Shown one piece after another: positions 35,855 to 48,380 of a DNA stretch of 64,000 nucleotides (the stretch's first letter is position 1; every line of letters begins with the position of its first letter). The position numbers were made by a program, and so were the translations under genes. This DNA comes from Lingula anatina (lineage: Eukaryota > Animalia > Brachiopoda), in contig CM120647.1 of the NCBI GenBank assembly GCA_051362555.1, positions 20,064,651 through 20,128,650 on the forward strand. Reading direction: 5' to 3'. The notes beneath the pieces were generated by a model that worked only from the letters and a program-made list of their open reading frames with translations, was not told where the DNA came from and ran no database searches.

Positions 35855-38482
35855 ATGGGAATCAAAAAGACGTGGTGCATGTTCCTTTCAGTTTTCACGC
35901 TTTTCTCTGTATGTGGTGTCAGTGATGGCATTGCTCACTTAACAGCGTCTAATGCGCGTTCATTAATTCGCGAATGCTTGAAGATTTCTGTGTTGCAATT
36001 ACCGGCGTTGACGAATTATAAAGCGTGGAAGTTAATTGAACAATGTGCTTGGGACGTGTGTGAGAAACAAACGTATGGACGTATAGAGGGTGGAACAATC
36101 CATCTGGACATTACTGGGATATGCGGTGTTATTCATAGTCCAAATTTTGGCCAAGGTTCTTATGAAATACTCATGAGATGGGAGATAACTACTTCTAAGG
36201 GCAGTGGGTTAAGGTTAAGATTTAACTATTTCATACTACTTTGTTTGTTCGATTATCTTTCTATATCTATCGGCTCATGTAATGACTCTCGTCTCTACGG
36301 TGATTTTTGTGGAGTTATGACATATCTCAACTCAACGGAACTCACCTTACCCGGAAATAAGTTCTGCTTGGAATTTTTCAAAAATTATGGTTTTGCAGAA
36401 CGGACCAAATTTCACATCGAATATCAGGTTGTATTTTCAGAATGTCATCAGGTTCAACTACCTACATTTTTGTCTTCACGCCAAGGCGAGTTTCATCCAA
36501 AAACTGGGCTAATTTCGACGCAGTGCGATAGTAAAGTGGAATATCACGTCCATATCAGTGCTCCAGGTGGTGATCAGATTTCACTGCTCTGGGAAATGTA
36601 TTCAAGCATTTCTTCAAACATATCTGTACCGTATACATTGCAGGTATACGAAGGACCCCCAGGATCCAGGATAATTTTGTATCCAACTGACACTCATATA
36701 CCTCTGAAAAATGGTTCCATTAGCACAATAGGTTGGAATGCATTTTTTAACTTAACTGAGGAAAGGCACACAACGGGCCCTACGCCATGGGTGTTCGTTG
36801 CCCGCTACACGTCTTTTGTAACACGCCATACCCCCGGAACAGTATGCCAATCTTCAAGAAACGCTAACGGCAGCCTGGACACGTCTTGTACAAACCTCAG
36901 TAACCACATTTCGGTTTTTCGAACTGTAACCCCTGCACCCTTAGTTCGCTATGATATCGATCTTTTCTCAAATTCGACGGTCAGTTTGGAAAGCAATTTT
37001 CTCTATTTGATACCACCCTCTTTTATGCTGCAAGGACTGGGTGGAGAAAGTTGTCTGTTCTTTGGAAAAATCCTTACTGGTTACAGTGACTTATATAACT
37101 TGGCGGTGGTCGGGCCGAGTTGCAACTACAATGGTGTGGAGTACATATTTGGTATTGAAAAACTCAAGGCTGTTATCTTTTTTAGTCGACCACGTGTAAC
37201 ATTCTACTGTTTTAGATTTGACAATGCCAGTGGGTCGTGCTTAATGCCTAAACGTAACATAACATTCAGTTTGTCATATAGGCTTGAAGACAGCCACATT
37301 GTGCACTGGAATGAATCAGACAGCCAGATAAGGCAGAGGGTTGATTTTCTATACTTTAACAGTAACAGCACATGCCAAACAAGATATAATGGAAGTTCTG
37401 GTCATGAATTTTTTGAAAATGTGAGAGTGCCGATTAGATCAGATTGTCAACTTAATGGAATGCTGTTAATTTATTTGGGGGACCTAGAACTGCGGTACAC
37501 GTTTTTCCTACATAACACTCATATGACGATATATTTTGAACAAAGATGGCAGGATTCTGTTCGAATACATTGTTTCCTCTTTTACAGAGAACACAGCAAA
37601 GGATTTGGAGGTAAAGTGTTCGACCTATTAACATTAAGACATAACGATTTTGGTGACAGTATACGGACTTATACTTATTGTTCATCTGTGTCTTTTACCA
37701 ATGATCTGTGGCCAAATTATACTTCGGAGAATTCGGAAGAAATTCCTCAAGCCAGTGAAGTAAGAGCGCGCAACGAAACGGTTACTAAGTCGACAGGCAC
37801 ATTATTCGCGTTTTGTGGTCGACAATATGCCGGAATTACATATACAATAACATTAAAAAAGGACAGGTATTGCAAATGGTGTTTTTATTCGCTGAAATTC
37901 AAAATAAGAGAGTGTATCGACGTTGGGACTGAAGTCAAATTTAAAATAGAAGAATATTCCACATCTGCCTCAGGTGAAGGGCATAACAAAGCTCCTACAG
38001 GTCGCATACTCGCTAGCACACCGACATTTATATTGAGACTTACTAAATACGCCGGTACCTGGGTTGAATACACTTGGAACACTCTAAGTGCGTGGACAGT
38101 CTATTTTGTCTTAGAACCTCTCCCCGCTGACTCCAACCCCCGGCATGCAGCAGACCTTGACCTTACTTACAATCTAGAAAACTATATTGACATGTCTGAC
38201 AGCTTAATTGAAGATTTTCATCACAGTATCGAAGCCTCATGCACCTTTGGAAAATGCTATAAATTACTTACCGAATTACAATCCGAAGCCGTGAGACCGC
38301 CCCTTACCTGGTTAAGATCACGTGAGCTGTGTCTGGCCAGTGGAGGCGACCTACCGACCGCCTTGGACGATTTCACTTTAAAGGCCGTTTTGAATCAAAC
38401 TGTAATTAATACACAGTGGTTTTCGGAGATATACGTCAAACATCGGTTCCTCCTGTTCTTGGGTCTTAGGCGAGAAAAGCAG
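35855..38482 (+). CDS. Exon 1 of a GRL101/LGR-like mosaic receptor: signal peptide, two CUB-like domains, an uncharacterised region and the first half of a C-type lectin domain
   Basis: ATG at 35855, MGIKKTWCMFLSVFTLFSVCG; CGVIHSPNF...LRLRFNYF...CLFDYLSI...FCG; CTFGKCYK...TWLRSRELCLASGGDL...FLGL; donor CAG|GTTAGT, phase 0. Confidence 0.85.
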
Positions 38483-38802
38483 GTTAGTAATTAAGTAATA
38501 TCACCAGCCATAGAGTACTCCCTACCTTATCTAGACACACATCCATCTACATGTAGCAATGAACAGCCATTCCAAGAAAAGAGTTCCAATTCCGAAGAAT
38601 ACTTGTCATGGCCTACTTTCAGCAATAAAACTCTATGAAATAATATAATTTCTAGTACTTTAAAGTGGGAAAACGTTTGTTCTGCATATGAAACAACAAT
38701 GCACATTTATTGTAGAACTTTCCTTGACGGGACCCCGAGAGTCTGTACTGCATGCTGCGAAACGCATAATTTCTACGTTTTAGTAATTTAGCGGATTTGC
38801 CA

Positions 38803-38804
38803 AC

Positions 38805-38840
<36 letters not shown>
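38803..38840. repeat. (TAA)n microsatellite
   Basis: Read directly from the sequence. Confidence 0.9.
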
Positions 38841-38841
<1 letters not shown>

Positions 38842-40309
38842 GTACACGTTTCCATCTTTAAGCATTGTTTGTCGTCAATATTAATTTGAAGCCGTTTCGT
38901 TTTTCATGTGTTATATTTTTATCTAATATTTCCGTTTGTTACGTCGTACTGAACCATTGTCGCCCAGTAAACCCTAACCTCCGTAACGTTTTTAAGTAGA
39001 TTATAGAAAAGGTTATAATGATAATGAATGAACTTACTGTGCTTTTCTGTAACTCACGATACAGTTACGTTAAGAAAATAGTGCCATTTGCCCATAAAAT
39101 ATATTTCGTACACACCATACAAAATTTTATACATAAAAGTTGAGATGTCACATTTCAGAGCCAAGCCTCAGTAACGGACCAAAGTTCTTGAAAAATTACT
39201 TTAGAAAGTTTAAATCTTCATTTCTTATGGGAAAGGATAAACTTTTAAAAAAACTTGTTTAACTGTCGACCCTGCGGAAAATAACTAATGAAGATTGCAC
39301 GTCACCTTACCTCTGGTATTTTTACCTCCGAGACAAAATTTATGAATTGTAATAAAATATACCCTAGGTCTCTCAATAGGTTATTTCTGTGGTCTGCTTG
39401 AGCCATATCTGATAAAAAACAATTTATAACGCCCACTGTTTATTTCATATCTTATCCCCGTGTTAAACAAATACATTATATTTCTTATTGGTTATTCTAT
39501 ATATCAAGACAAGCTGTTCATTTACATTCGTTTACTTAAGTGTGCTTTACAGTCGAAGACAAAATATAAATGTTTTATCGAATTGTCTTTGTAGTTTATT
39601 TGACTATGGTTTCCATCATATCTCTCTGATTTCATCCAAAATAAGGACTTTTCAAGACTGACTGGGCAACAAAGATGGTATTATCTGATATCTGTATTAG
39701 CTCCGATAAAAAGTATTAGTGTCCTACAAAAGAAACGGTTAATAACAGACTAAAAATTATCGACCTAACTCCCTGGGGAGTCTCACTAAATTGCTGTCAA
39801 CTTTCTATAGGATCCTATAGGAAATCTTATGGGATCCTATAGGAAATCTTATAGGAATTCCTATAGGAAATCTTATAGGGTCTTATAGGAAATCATATAG
39901 AAAGCCTTATATGATCCTATAGGAAATCTTATAGGGTCCTATAAGAAATCATATAGAAAACCTCATAGGATCCTATAGGAAATCTTATAGGGGTCCTACA
40001 GAACCCTATAAGATTTCCTATAGGAATTCCAATAAGCTTTCCTACAGGAAATTGACCCATTTTCCTATAAGATTCTATCGGATTCCCTATAGGAAATCTA
40101 ATAGGAACCTTGCTTAGAATATTTTACAGCTTTTTATATATTGTTGGCAAAATTAGTACTAGGCACTGGTCCCTCAAAACAAAAGAGTATCATGTTTACA
40201 TTCTTTATTCAATATGTATAAATGTATGTACATCTTCCACAGTATGGTATACAACCAGCTTACTAGAGAATTGTTTCATAGATTTTTGAAGATATATAAG
40301 TTATATAAG

Positions 40310-40553
40310 TTATCACAAGGATGCAATATGTCTGGTTAAGATGTGACTTCACTGTCTTTTCCTTGTGTGCGTTCGAACTCCTGCCAGTAAGAGAATGAGT
40401 GGCTAAAACCTCCCTTGGCCAGACCGTGTCCATTGTCAGTATACCGCTGTAGTTACTAGTTTCAGACAAAAATCTTTTGCACATTGTTCAACTTAGCTGT
40501 GATAGCCTTCTTAACCTCCATCTGACTTGTGTTGAACTGTTTGCAGACGTAAT
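40310..40553 (-). pseudogene. BEN-domain-like coding remnants
   Basis: After acceptor tttcag: YVCKQFNTSQMEVKKAITAKLNNVQK; in another frame MDTVWPREVLATHSLTGRSSNAHKEKTVKSHLN. Both resemble BEN-domain halves. Confidence 0.5.
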
Positions 40554-41023
40554 CTGAAAGAAAGACATTGTGAACTTCAGTTAGTTATCTACAAAAATGC
40601 AAAATAATGAAGGAAAATTTTCTAATCTCACCAGTCTTTGCTTGACCTAAGTCATCTTCAAACCAGAGAAAAAAAAACCTCCAAGTTAAAATTTCTAGCT
40701 TTTCTTTAAGCAAAACGGTCAAATTTTCACAATGCACATTTCATTTCCATTGCTAGTATGTATAGGTTAGCAAAATATTTTTAAACAAACTATTGTGTTT
40801 ACCTCACATTTAAAGTTGAAGAGAAATAAAAGGGAATGAAAACTTAGCAAATAAACGATCATGAAGAACATGTAAAAAATAAAATTTGTCCTGACAGCCC
40901 CTTTAACATGTTAAATTGTATGTTATTTATTAGCATGGGTTTTGCTCAGCTATATATCATGGATAACGTTAAATAGATAATTTTTAATAAATCACAAACC
41001 AAAAGTTGAATGAAATGTAAATT

Positions 41024-41057
<34 letters not shown>

Positions 41058-41371
41058 TTCAACTGCATTTAAAGAAATATTTTGATGAGCAGTTGATCAC
41101 AGTTTTATAAGAAATGAAGAGACTAAACAGTGATTGCATTCTTTATCTTTGTTTCTTTGCTGGGTAAAAGGGATCGATGGATCGAAGTATACATTATACA
41201 TTATAAATTATAAATTATTTAACGTAATATAGATATGATGTTTACAAGGTACACTACAAATTAGATCAATTTTCTCATTTTCAATTTGATTAGATGCCCA
41301 AATGATCCAATGCATTATTGTAATACATACCTTCCTCAATCCAATATTTCTACATTCTGTACTCTTCCACT

Positions 41372-44300
41372 CATCATCATCATCATCATCATCATTTAGA
41401 GCCTATAGTGTTCCACTGTTGGACAAAGGCCTCAGCATGCTTTTTCCATTGTTTCCTATCCTGAACCTATGATTTCCAGTTTGGCCAAGGTTTCTTCTTC
41501 CAAGACTTCCAGAAGTCATCTAATTCATCCCTCCATCGTTTGACCGGCCTTCCTCTTTTCCTTTGTCCATACCTTGGGGTCCATTCTGTAAGCCTGATTG
41601 TCCACCTATTGTCCTTCATTCTTTATAGAGGCCTATGCATAACAAGCTGTTTAGGGAAACTGTTCAATTCTATACTGACAAATAGAATCACTCAATTCAT
41701 AGAAACAAATCAAAAGCTAAGTGAAGAACAAGCTGGGTTCAGACCTGGGTATCGCACAACAGATCATATATTTACCCTAAAATCTGTCATAAACAAATAT
41801 CTAAACAAAAATAAACGTCTCTATACCTGCTTTGTCGATCTTCGTAAAGCCTTTGATACAGTCTGGCATAAAGGTCTGTTTATAAAACTCCTGAGACAAG
41901 GTATCAGAGGCAAAATATACAAACTCATAAAGTACATGTACAATAATACAAGACTAGGCGTATCGGTTCACACTGGTTTCACTGAACCCTTTTTGTCCAA
42001 AATTGGCATACGGCAAGGTGATAACCTTAGTCCAGTACTTTTCAACATTTTCATAGATGACATAAAAAGTGAACTTCACATAAATGATACCTCAACAAGA
42101 GTTGATGGTCTAAGTCACATACTATACGCTGACGACCTAGTCTTACTCTCACAAACAAAAGAAGGACTACAGACCCTACTTAACAAACTTGAAAACTACT
42201 GTCTGAAGTGGAAATTGAAGGTAAATGAAAATAAATCTAAAGTTATGGTATTCAATAAGCTTGGGAAAATTGACCCACATACGTTTACCATAAATAACAG
42301 ACCTATAGAAACAGTTAAGCAATTCTCATACTTAGGAATAATTTTTACAAACACAGGATCCTTAAAACAGACAATGGAAAACCTCAAACAAAAGGCCCTC
42401 AAAGCTATGTTTTCATTAAAAGGGATGCTAAATTCTCAAGAAATTTCCTCACCCCTACTAACCATGAAACTTTTTGACCAAATGATTAAACCAATCCTGC
42501 TATATGGCTGTGAGGTTTGGGCACAAGAGATATTTATAGACAAAAAAATGACACTACACAAATTGAATAAGATGCCATTTGAACAGATACATTTAAAAAT
42601 GTGTAAATGGACACTAGGTTTAAGAAAAACTTCCAGCAGTAATGCTTGCAGGGCAGAACTTGGACGCCTTCCACTGTATTTGGACATTGTAAGTTTGGTG
42701 TCCAAATACAGTGCAAGACTGGACAACCTTCCAACTCACAGACTAGTCAAACAAGCTTACAACATGGAGCAAACAGAAAAGGGAAAAAACTGGTTTTGGG
42801 CTACTACAAATCTTTCGGCATGCTGGGAAGTTTACCACCCAAATAACAACACACATACTAAAATCCACAACCACCAATACCTAAAGGAAGAAATAATAAA
42901 AAAAATAAAGTCAAATTTTTGGGAAGAATTGCAAAAAGGAGAAAACAATAAACTCAGAACATATGGAAAAATTAAACACACTTATGAGGCTGAACCTTAT
43001 GTAAAACTCAATGTTCCTTTAGCTCAAAAAAGGGTATTAGCAAAAATGAGAATCAGTGATCATGAATTAGAAATTGAAAGAGGGCGATATACAAAACCAA
43101 AGAAGCCAATTGACAAAAGGAAATGCCCCCACTGCGACTCAGTAGAAGATGAAGCACACTTTTTTCTAGAATGCAGTGAACACAGAGTCGAACGGGAAAT
43201 GCTGTTCGCTTCCATACCAGAGGTGAATTTGCAGGGTCCAACAGACAATAAACTATCTATTTTACTCAATCCACTCTCTGCGCAGAGTGTGATTGCCATA
43301 TGTAAATTTGTTAACAGTGCAATTAAAAAGCGTGTATCCCTGCGTGGATGAGCATAGTTTATTACTTAAATTATTCTTTTTAATATTTGTATTAGTTAGA
43401 GAGCCTGTAAATGTAAACCATTTCTTTGTGCTCAATAAATTATTATTATTATTATTATTATTATTTGACATGTCCTGCCCACCTCCATTTCATTTCTTTA
43501 ACTGTGAGCAGTACGTCCTTAACTTTGGTCTGTTCACGTAACCATACATTCGTTTTCCGCTCTCTTGGACTGATGTTCAACATAATTCTTTCCATCTTTC
43601 TCTGATCTACTTGTAGCTTGTGTTCCATGGAGGCATTCAGTGCCCAGGTCTCTGAACCATAGGTGATTGCCGGCAGCACACAAGCATTGAACACTTTCTT
43701 TTTCAGGCAGGTAGGAAGGTTGCTCTTGAAGATGTCATTGTGCTTCCCATATGCTGCCCATCCTGCTTTTATCCTTCGTTGGATTTCTTGTTCCAGTGTT
43801 CGATCACTAAGGCTGAACCGTTGCCCAAGGTATATATACTCTTCTACTGCTTCTATCTCTTTGGTGTTGACCTTCACTGTGCAAGGGGTGGTTAGTGGTC
43901 CAAACATCACCTTTGTCTTGCTGGTGTTCATCTTTAGCCCACTTTTTGCGCTTTCATCTGCTAATGCCTGTAGCATTTCTTCGAGGTCTTTTGCATCTTC
44001 TGCTACTATTATGATGCCGTCTGCAAACCTAAGGTGATTGAGCCTGGTACCGTCTATGTTTATGCCCTTGTCCTGCCAGTCTAGATCCCTGAATATACGT
44101 TCCAATGCTGCTGTGAACAGTTTAGGAGAGATTGTATCTCCTTGGCGTACACCTTTCTTGATCCTGATCTTATTGGTGGTCTTGTGTAGTTTGACTGTTA
44201 CAGAGCTATCGGTGTATATGTCTCTGAGGACGTCTACGTATCCATCTTCGATCCCTAGATCTTGCAGGGATGCCAGTATATGCTGGGTTTCTACTGAGTC

Positions 44301-46095
44301 GAAGGCTTTTTCATAATCAACGAATGCTACACATAGTGGAATGTTATACTCGAGACATTTCTCTTTGAGCTGGTTGACAGTGTGCATATGATCAGTAGTG
44401 GTGTACTGGCCTCTGAAACCTGCTTGTTCCTTTGGCTGCGCTTCATCTAGTTGTCTTGTTAGCCTTTCGGTCAATATTTTGGTGTAAATCTTGTACAAAT
44501 TAGAAAGTAGGCAGATGGGTCTGTAATTCTTGATGTCTTTCCTATTGCCCTTTTTTAACATTATGATCATGTTGGCGTTCTTCCATGCTACAGGAATTTC
44601 CTTCAGATGTAAGCACTTTGTGAAGAGCCTGGCTAATTCCTGAGATAGGATATCTCCTCCTGCTTTTACCATTTCTGCTTTGATGTTGTCATTTCCTGCC
44701 GCCTTCCCGTTCTTCATTTTCTGGACTGCTGACTCTACTTCCCAAGCTGTTATGTCTGGTAGATCGCATGCCTTTGTTGAGATTTCTATTCCCTTGTTGC
44801 TGTCATACAACTCTCCATAGAATTCTTCAACTCGTTCTAATATCTGGTCTTGTGTGGTGAGCTCATTTTCATCTTTGTCTAGAAGAGTCAGCATTCTATC
44901 CTGCCCTAGTTGAAAGGATTTCTTTGCTCTTTTCATGTTCTTTTCATTTTCGATGGTCTCTGCTATCTTCTTCATGTTCTGCTTCCTGATGTCTTCCCTT
45001 GCCTTCTTCTTGATGGTCTTATCCAGTTCTGCATATTCGATGTTGTTTCTGATGTCCCTGTTGTTGTTTACCTCCATTTTCTTCATCATCCGTCTTTTCT
45101 TCATGAGAATCCTCGTTTCTGTTGAGAGCTTTGACTCCTTCATTTTACTGGCCGGTGCGACTTCTGATGCACATTCTAGGATGGTGGTCGTTATTCTATC
45201 GTTCATTTCATCTACTCCATCTTCACCTTCTAGCTCTAGTGCACTGAATCTGTTCGTTAGGAGGATTTGGAACTCATCTTTCTTTATGACCAGTTGCTCG
45301 ATACTAGGTCTCTTTGATGGATTTGACAGACATTTCTGTCTGTCCTTCCTGACATTGATCCTAATCACTCCCATAACTGCTCTGTGGTCACTGCCCGCAT
45401 CCAGTCTGTTTAGCACTTTCACATCCGTGAAGATGTTCGGTCTGTTTGTCATGATGTAATCAATTTCGTTTCTTGTACATCCATTTGGGCTTTGCCATGT
45501 CCATCTTCTTGATATCTTCTTCTTGTAGACGGTGTTCATGATCTTCAAGTTATTTGCTGTCACCCATTCAATCAGTAAGTCTCCTCTTTCATTCCTCTGT
45601 CCGCTGCCAAATTTCCTTGTGGCACGCTCTTGTTCGTCTGACTTTATCCCGATCTTGGCGTTGAAATCACCCATGACTAAAGTGGTAGTGGCAGTCTGTT
45701 GTCAACTGACGTTGAACTTCTTCATACAGTTGTTCTACTTTTTCATCTGGTCTGCTTGATGTTGGTGCATATACCTGAATGAGTTTCATTGAGAATCTCT
45801 GATTCACTTTGAGCTTGACTGTAGCCACCCTTGCGCGAATTTGCTTTACCTCGATTATGTTCTTGCTTAGCGCCTTGTGTATCAGAAATCCAACTCCTTG
45901 TTGGCCATTTGAAGCATTTGTTTGGTACAATATATGTCCGCTATTCAAGGTAATTAAGCGTTCTTCTGCTCGCCTAACTTCTGACAAGCCTATCACATGC
46001 CATTTAACTCCGGTGTCCTGGAGTTCAGTTTCCAATTCTGCAAGTCGTTCATTGTTCTTCAGAGTTCTAATGTTGTAAGTAATGATGTTGAAATT
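41372..46095 (-). mobile_element. RTE-clade LINE (APE + RT), slightly 5'-truncated and inactive; TSD TTCCACT
   Basis: APE motifs TYNIRTL, GLSEVRR, GDFNAKIG, SDHR; RT motifs GVRQGDTISP and FADG (D>G); frameshift near 45670; C-terminus WAGHVK|RMKDNRWT resumes at 41623; (TGA)n tail; TTCCACT at 41365-41371 and 46096-46102. Confidence 0.92.
41624..43463 (+). mobile_element. 5'-truncated non-LTR retrotransposon (RTEX-like) inserted in the RTE; RT ORF open to 43351
   Basis: Starts at YRGLCITSCLGKLF; GIRQGDNLSP, YADD, C-terminal LEIERGRY...CPHC..EDEAHFFLEC; AATAAA followed by a (TTA)n tail. Confidence 0.9.
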
Positions 46096-47325
46096 TTCCA
46101 CTATGCTCCTGAATTTAAACTGTCTTGATAGCTGTATACTCATTTGCTGCTTGTCTCATATAAACAAAGACTTAGACAGGATAACACACATCTCATAACA
46201 CCAAATAGGTGGTTACTGCTACTGGTGTAACAATAGCTACAGGAATAGTGACCTAATAATAGGTGCCAGGCTAATAAAAGAAATTCACAGTTGTTGAATC
46301 TGTGGTTATGGCCAATGGAGTAGGGCAGTCTCTAACATTTGATTGTTAAACCTTAGGGTTAACGTGTGATTGAGCATGATTTATAATTAAATGTATCTTT
46401 AAACATATTTATTTGTCCTCGTTTCCCACCCTATATGAGGGACAGTACTATACCCTTAATGTTCACTTACTTTTACATTACATTATATACATAAACATTA
46501 GGCAGGATTGAAATTTCACTTTTTAAAACAGCCAAGGTCAAGTAAAATCTCACTATGAGCAAGATAAAAATCTGACTAGATAAGGCTGACTTTTAATATA
46601 ATAGAAGAAATATGAAGTAAGTGAATATCATCATAAAAATAGTAAAAATACATTATATACTGATATTAAGACCAGATTCATTATTTTTCATTCAATCCTT
46701 ATAAAAATTCCCTATATGAATTAGCATAGGATTTCCTATAGGTTCCTATAGGAATTCCTATAAGATTTCCTATAGGATCCTATAGGAATTTTTGTAATGG
46801 TCTGAACATAAATTTAAAAAAATCAGCTTCAATGATTTGGTACAAAAACATTCCTAATGATAAAATATTTATATTTATTAGCCATGCTTTAAAAATGATC
46901 AATTTCTTCAAGATTTTTAAAAAATAGAAATTAAAGAATTTCTATAGAATCCTATAGAAGACTATATAAACAATATAAAAAGCATTTTTGCTTTAATAGT
47001 GATATATAATTGACAATTCAACTGACAAAATTGACTTATATCAAATATCTATTGTTTAGAATGATATTTGTTTATAAGATATACATTTTTCTCAAGATTT
47101 TCACTTACAACAATTTCTTATATAGTCTAATAGGATCCTATAGGAAAGGTTTCCTATAAAATACTATAAGATTTCATATAGGATCCTATAGGAAATTTTC
47201 GTAAGGGATTGAACATAATATTTTTGGGTTAGAGTATCTACATCTGTAGCGGTGTTTTACAGGGTCATGAAGTTAACAGGTTTGAGACGCACCATCATGA
47301 CAGCGAGTGAGGAGACCCCCCCCCT

Positions 47326-47326
<1 letters not shown>

Positions 47327-47378
<52 letters not shown>

Positions 47379-47385
47379 ACACACA
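47327..47385. repeat. (CA)n microsatellite
   Basis: Read directly from the sequence. Confidence 0.95.
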
Positions 47386-48380
47386 ATCACCCACGAATTG
47401 TACTATCTTGAACACATAATGCAGAGCACGTCAAATAAATATTGTAGTAGTAATAAGCATCCTAAAGGTAGTCACGCAGCAACATTTTGTTCTTTAAAAA
47501 TTATGAGAAAACATTATAGCAAATACAATACGAGTTTTAATAATCGTAATGCATTTCTTTCTAACATTCAGTTTACATACGTTTTTTGGTAGCCTCTAAA
47601 AGTTTTAAACCTCAAATATTGGAGACCATAACAGAGTCAGCCAAGGACACGTTTGGGGAACATGTTTGAACACGTTATGATGGACATTTACAGGTGTAAG
47701 ACCAGAACAGATTCCTCTTGTAAACAGTTTAGAATCAAGGGACCGAATTTGATTTGAGGACCAGAAAAGAGGCTTAACATACGTGCATGTGAGAAAATTA
47801 TTTATTAAAATTTAAATTTAGTTTTCTAGCGTCAGCTAAATCTAGTAAAATGCGAAACGAAAAAATCATAGATACTGACCCACTGTACAATGATTCTTAA
47901 TAATACATCAATGACGCAGTTTGTCGGCAGATGTGTTTTCATTCTTGGCTAACTGAGGAAAGGTTTGAGAGGCCTGCGTGCCAATAGTTAGTAGGAAGTG
48001 TGCTGCAATCAAGACTAACAATACCGATCATAAGTGGACAGTCACTAATCCCATATGAAGCGAGGTCACGTGATGCCGTGTTGACTCCTTGCCGGGAAGG
48101 GGTAGCGGCCTCCTACTGCTGTGAGTAATCACACATTGTTTTCTAACTTGCAGCTACGCGTCGGTTGCATTGTATTCATAAAGTAACATTCATTCATAGG
48201 AAGGAAGAGGGGTGGATGGTAATCATACGAGAATTAAATCAGTTATCGATCTTGCGCGTACCCGTAGTCCGGTTTCTTAATGGCTACGCGGCATGTGCAA
48301 AGGCGAAATCTGCATTAGCTTTGAAATCATTCTGAAGAAACAAAAAGAAAAGACCAGCTTTTGTTGGAGGAACATACGTT

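Larger units (their letters stand above)
39804..47207. mobile_element. DNA-transposon-like element with subterminal CCTATAGG palindrome arrays (CACTA/EnSpm-like), interrupted by LINEs
   Basis: Dense (TT)CCTATAGG(AA) repeats at 39804-40110 and 46705-47200; right terminus ...GAAATTTTCGTAAGGG; the left terminus is missing. Confidence 0.6.

Noticed and set aside
41540-41623. N-terminus of the 603-aa RT ORF
   Set aside because: It is the antisense of the RTE 3' end; the inner element begins at ~41624.
43663-46078. Several plus-strand ORFs including a hydrophobic 174-aa ORF
   Set aside because: Antisense shadows of the RTE coding sequence.
46096-46143. Start codon and N-terminus (MSIQLSRQF) of the RTE ORF
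   Set aside because: Lies outside the TSD, so it is target-site sequence.
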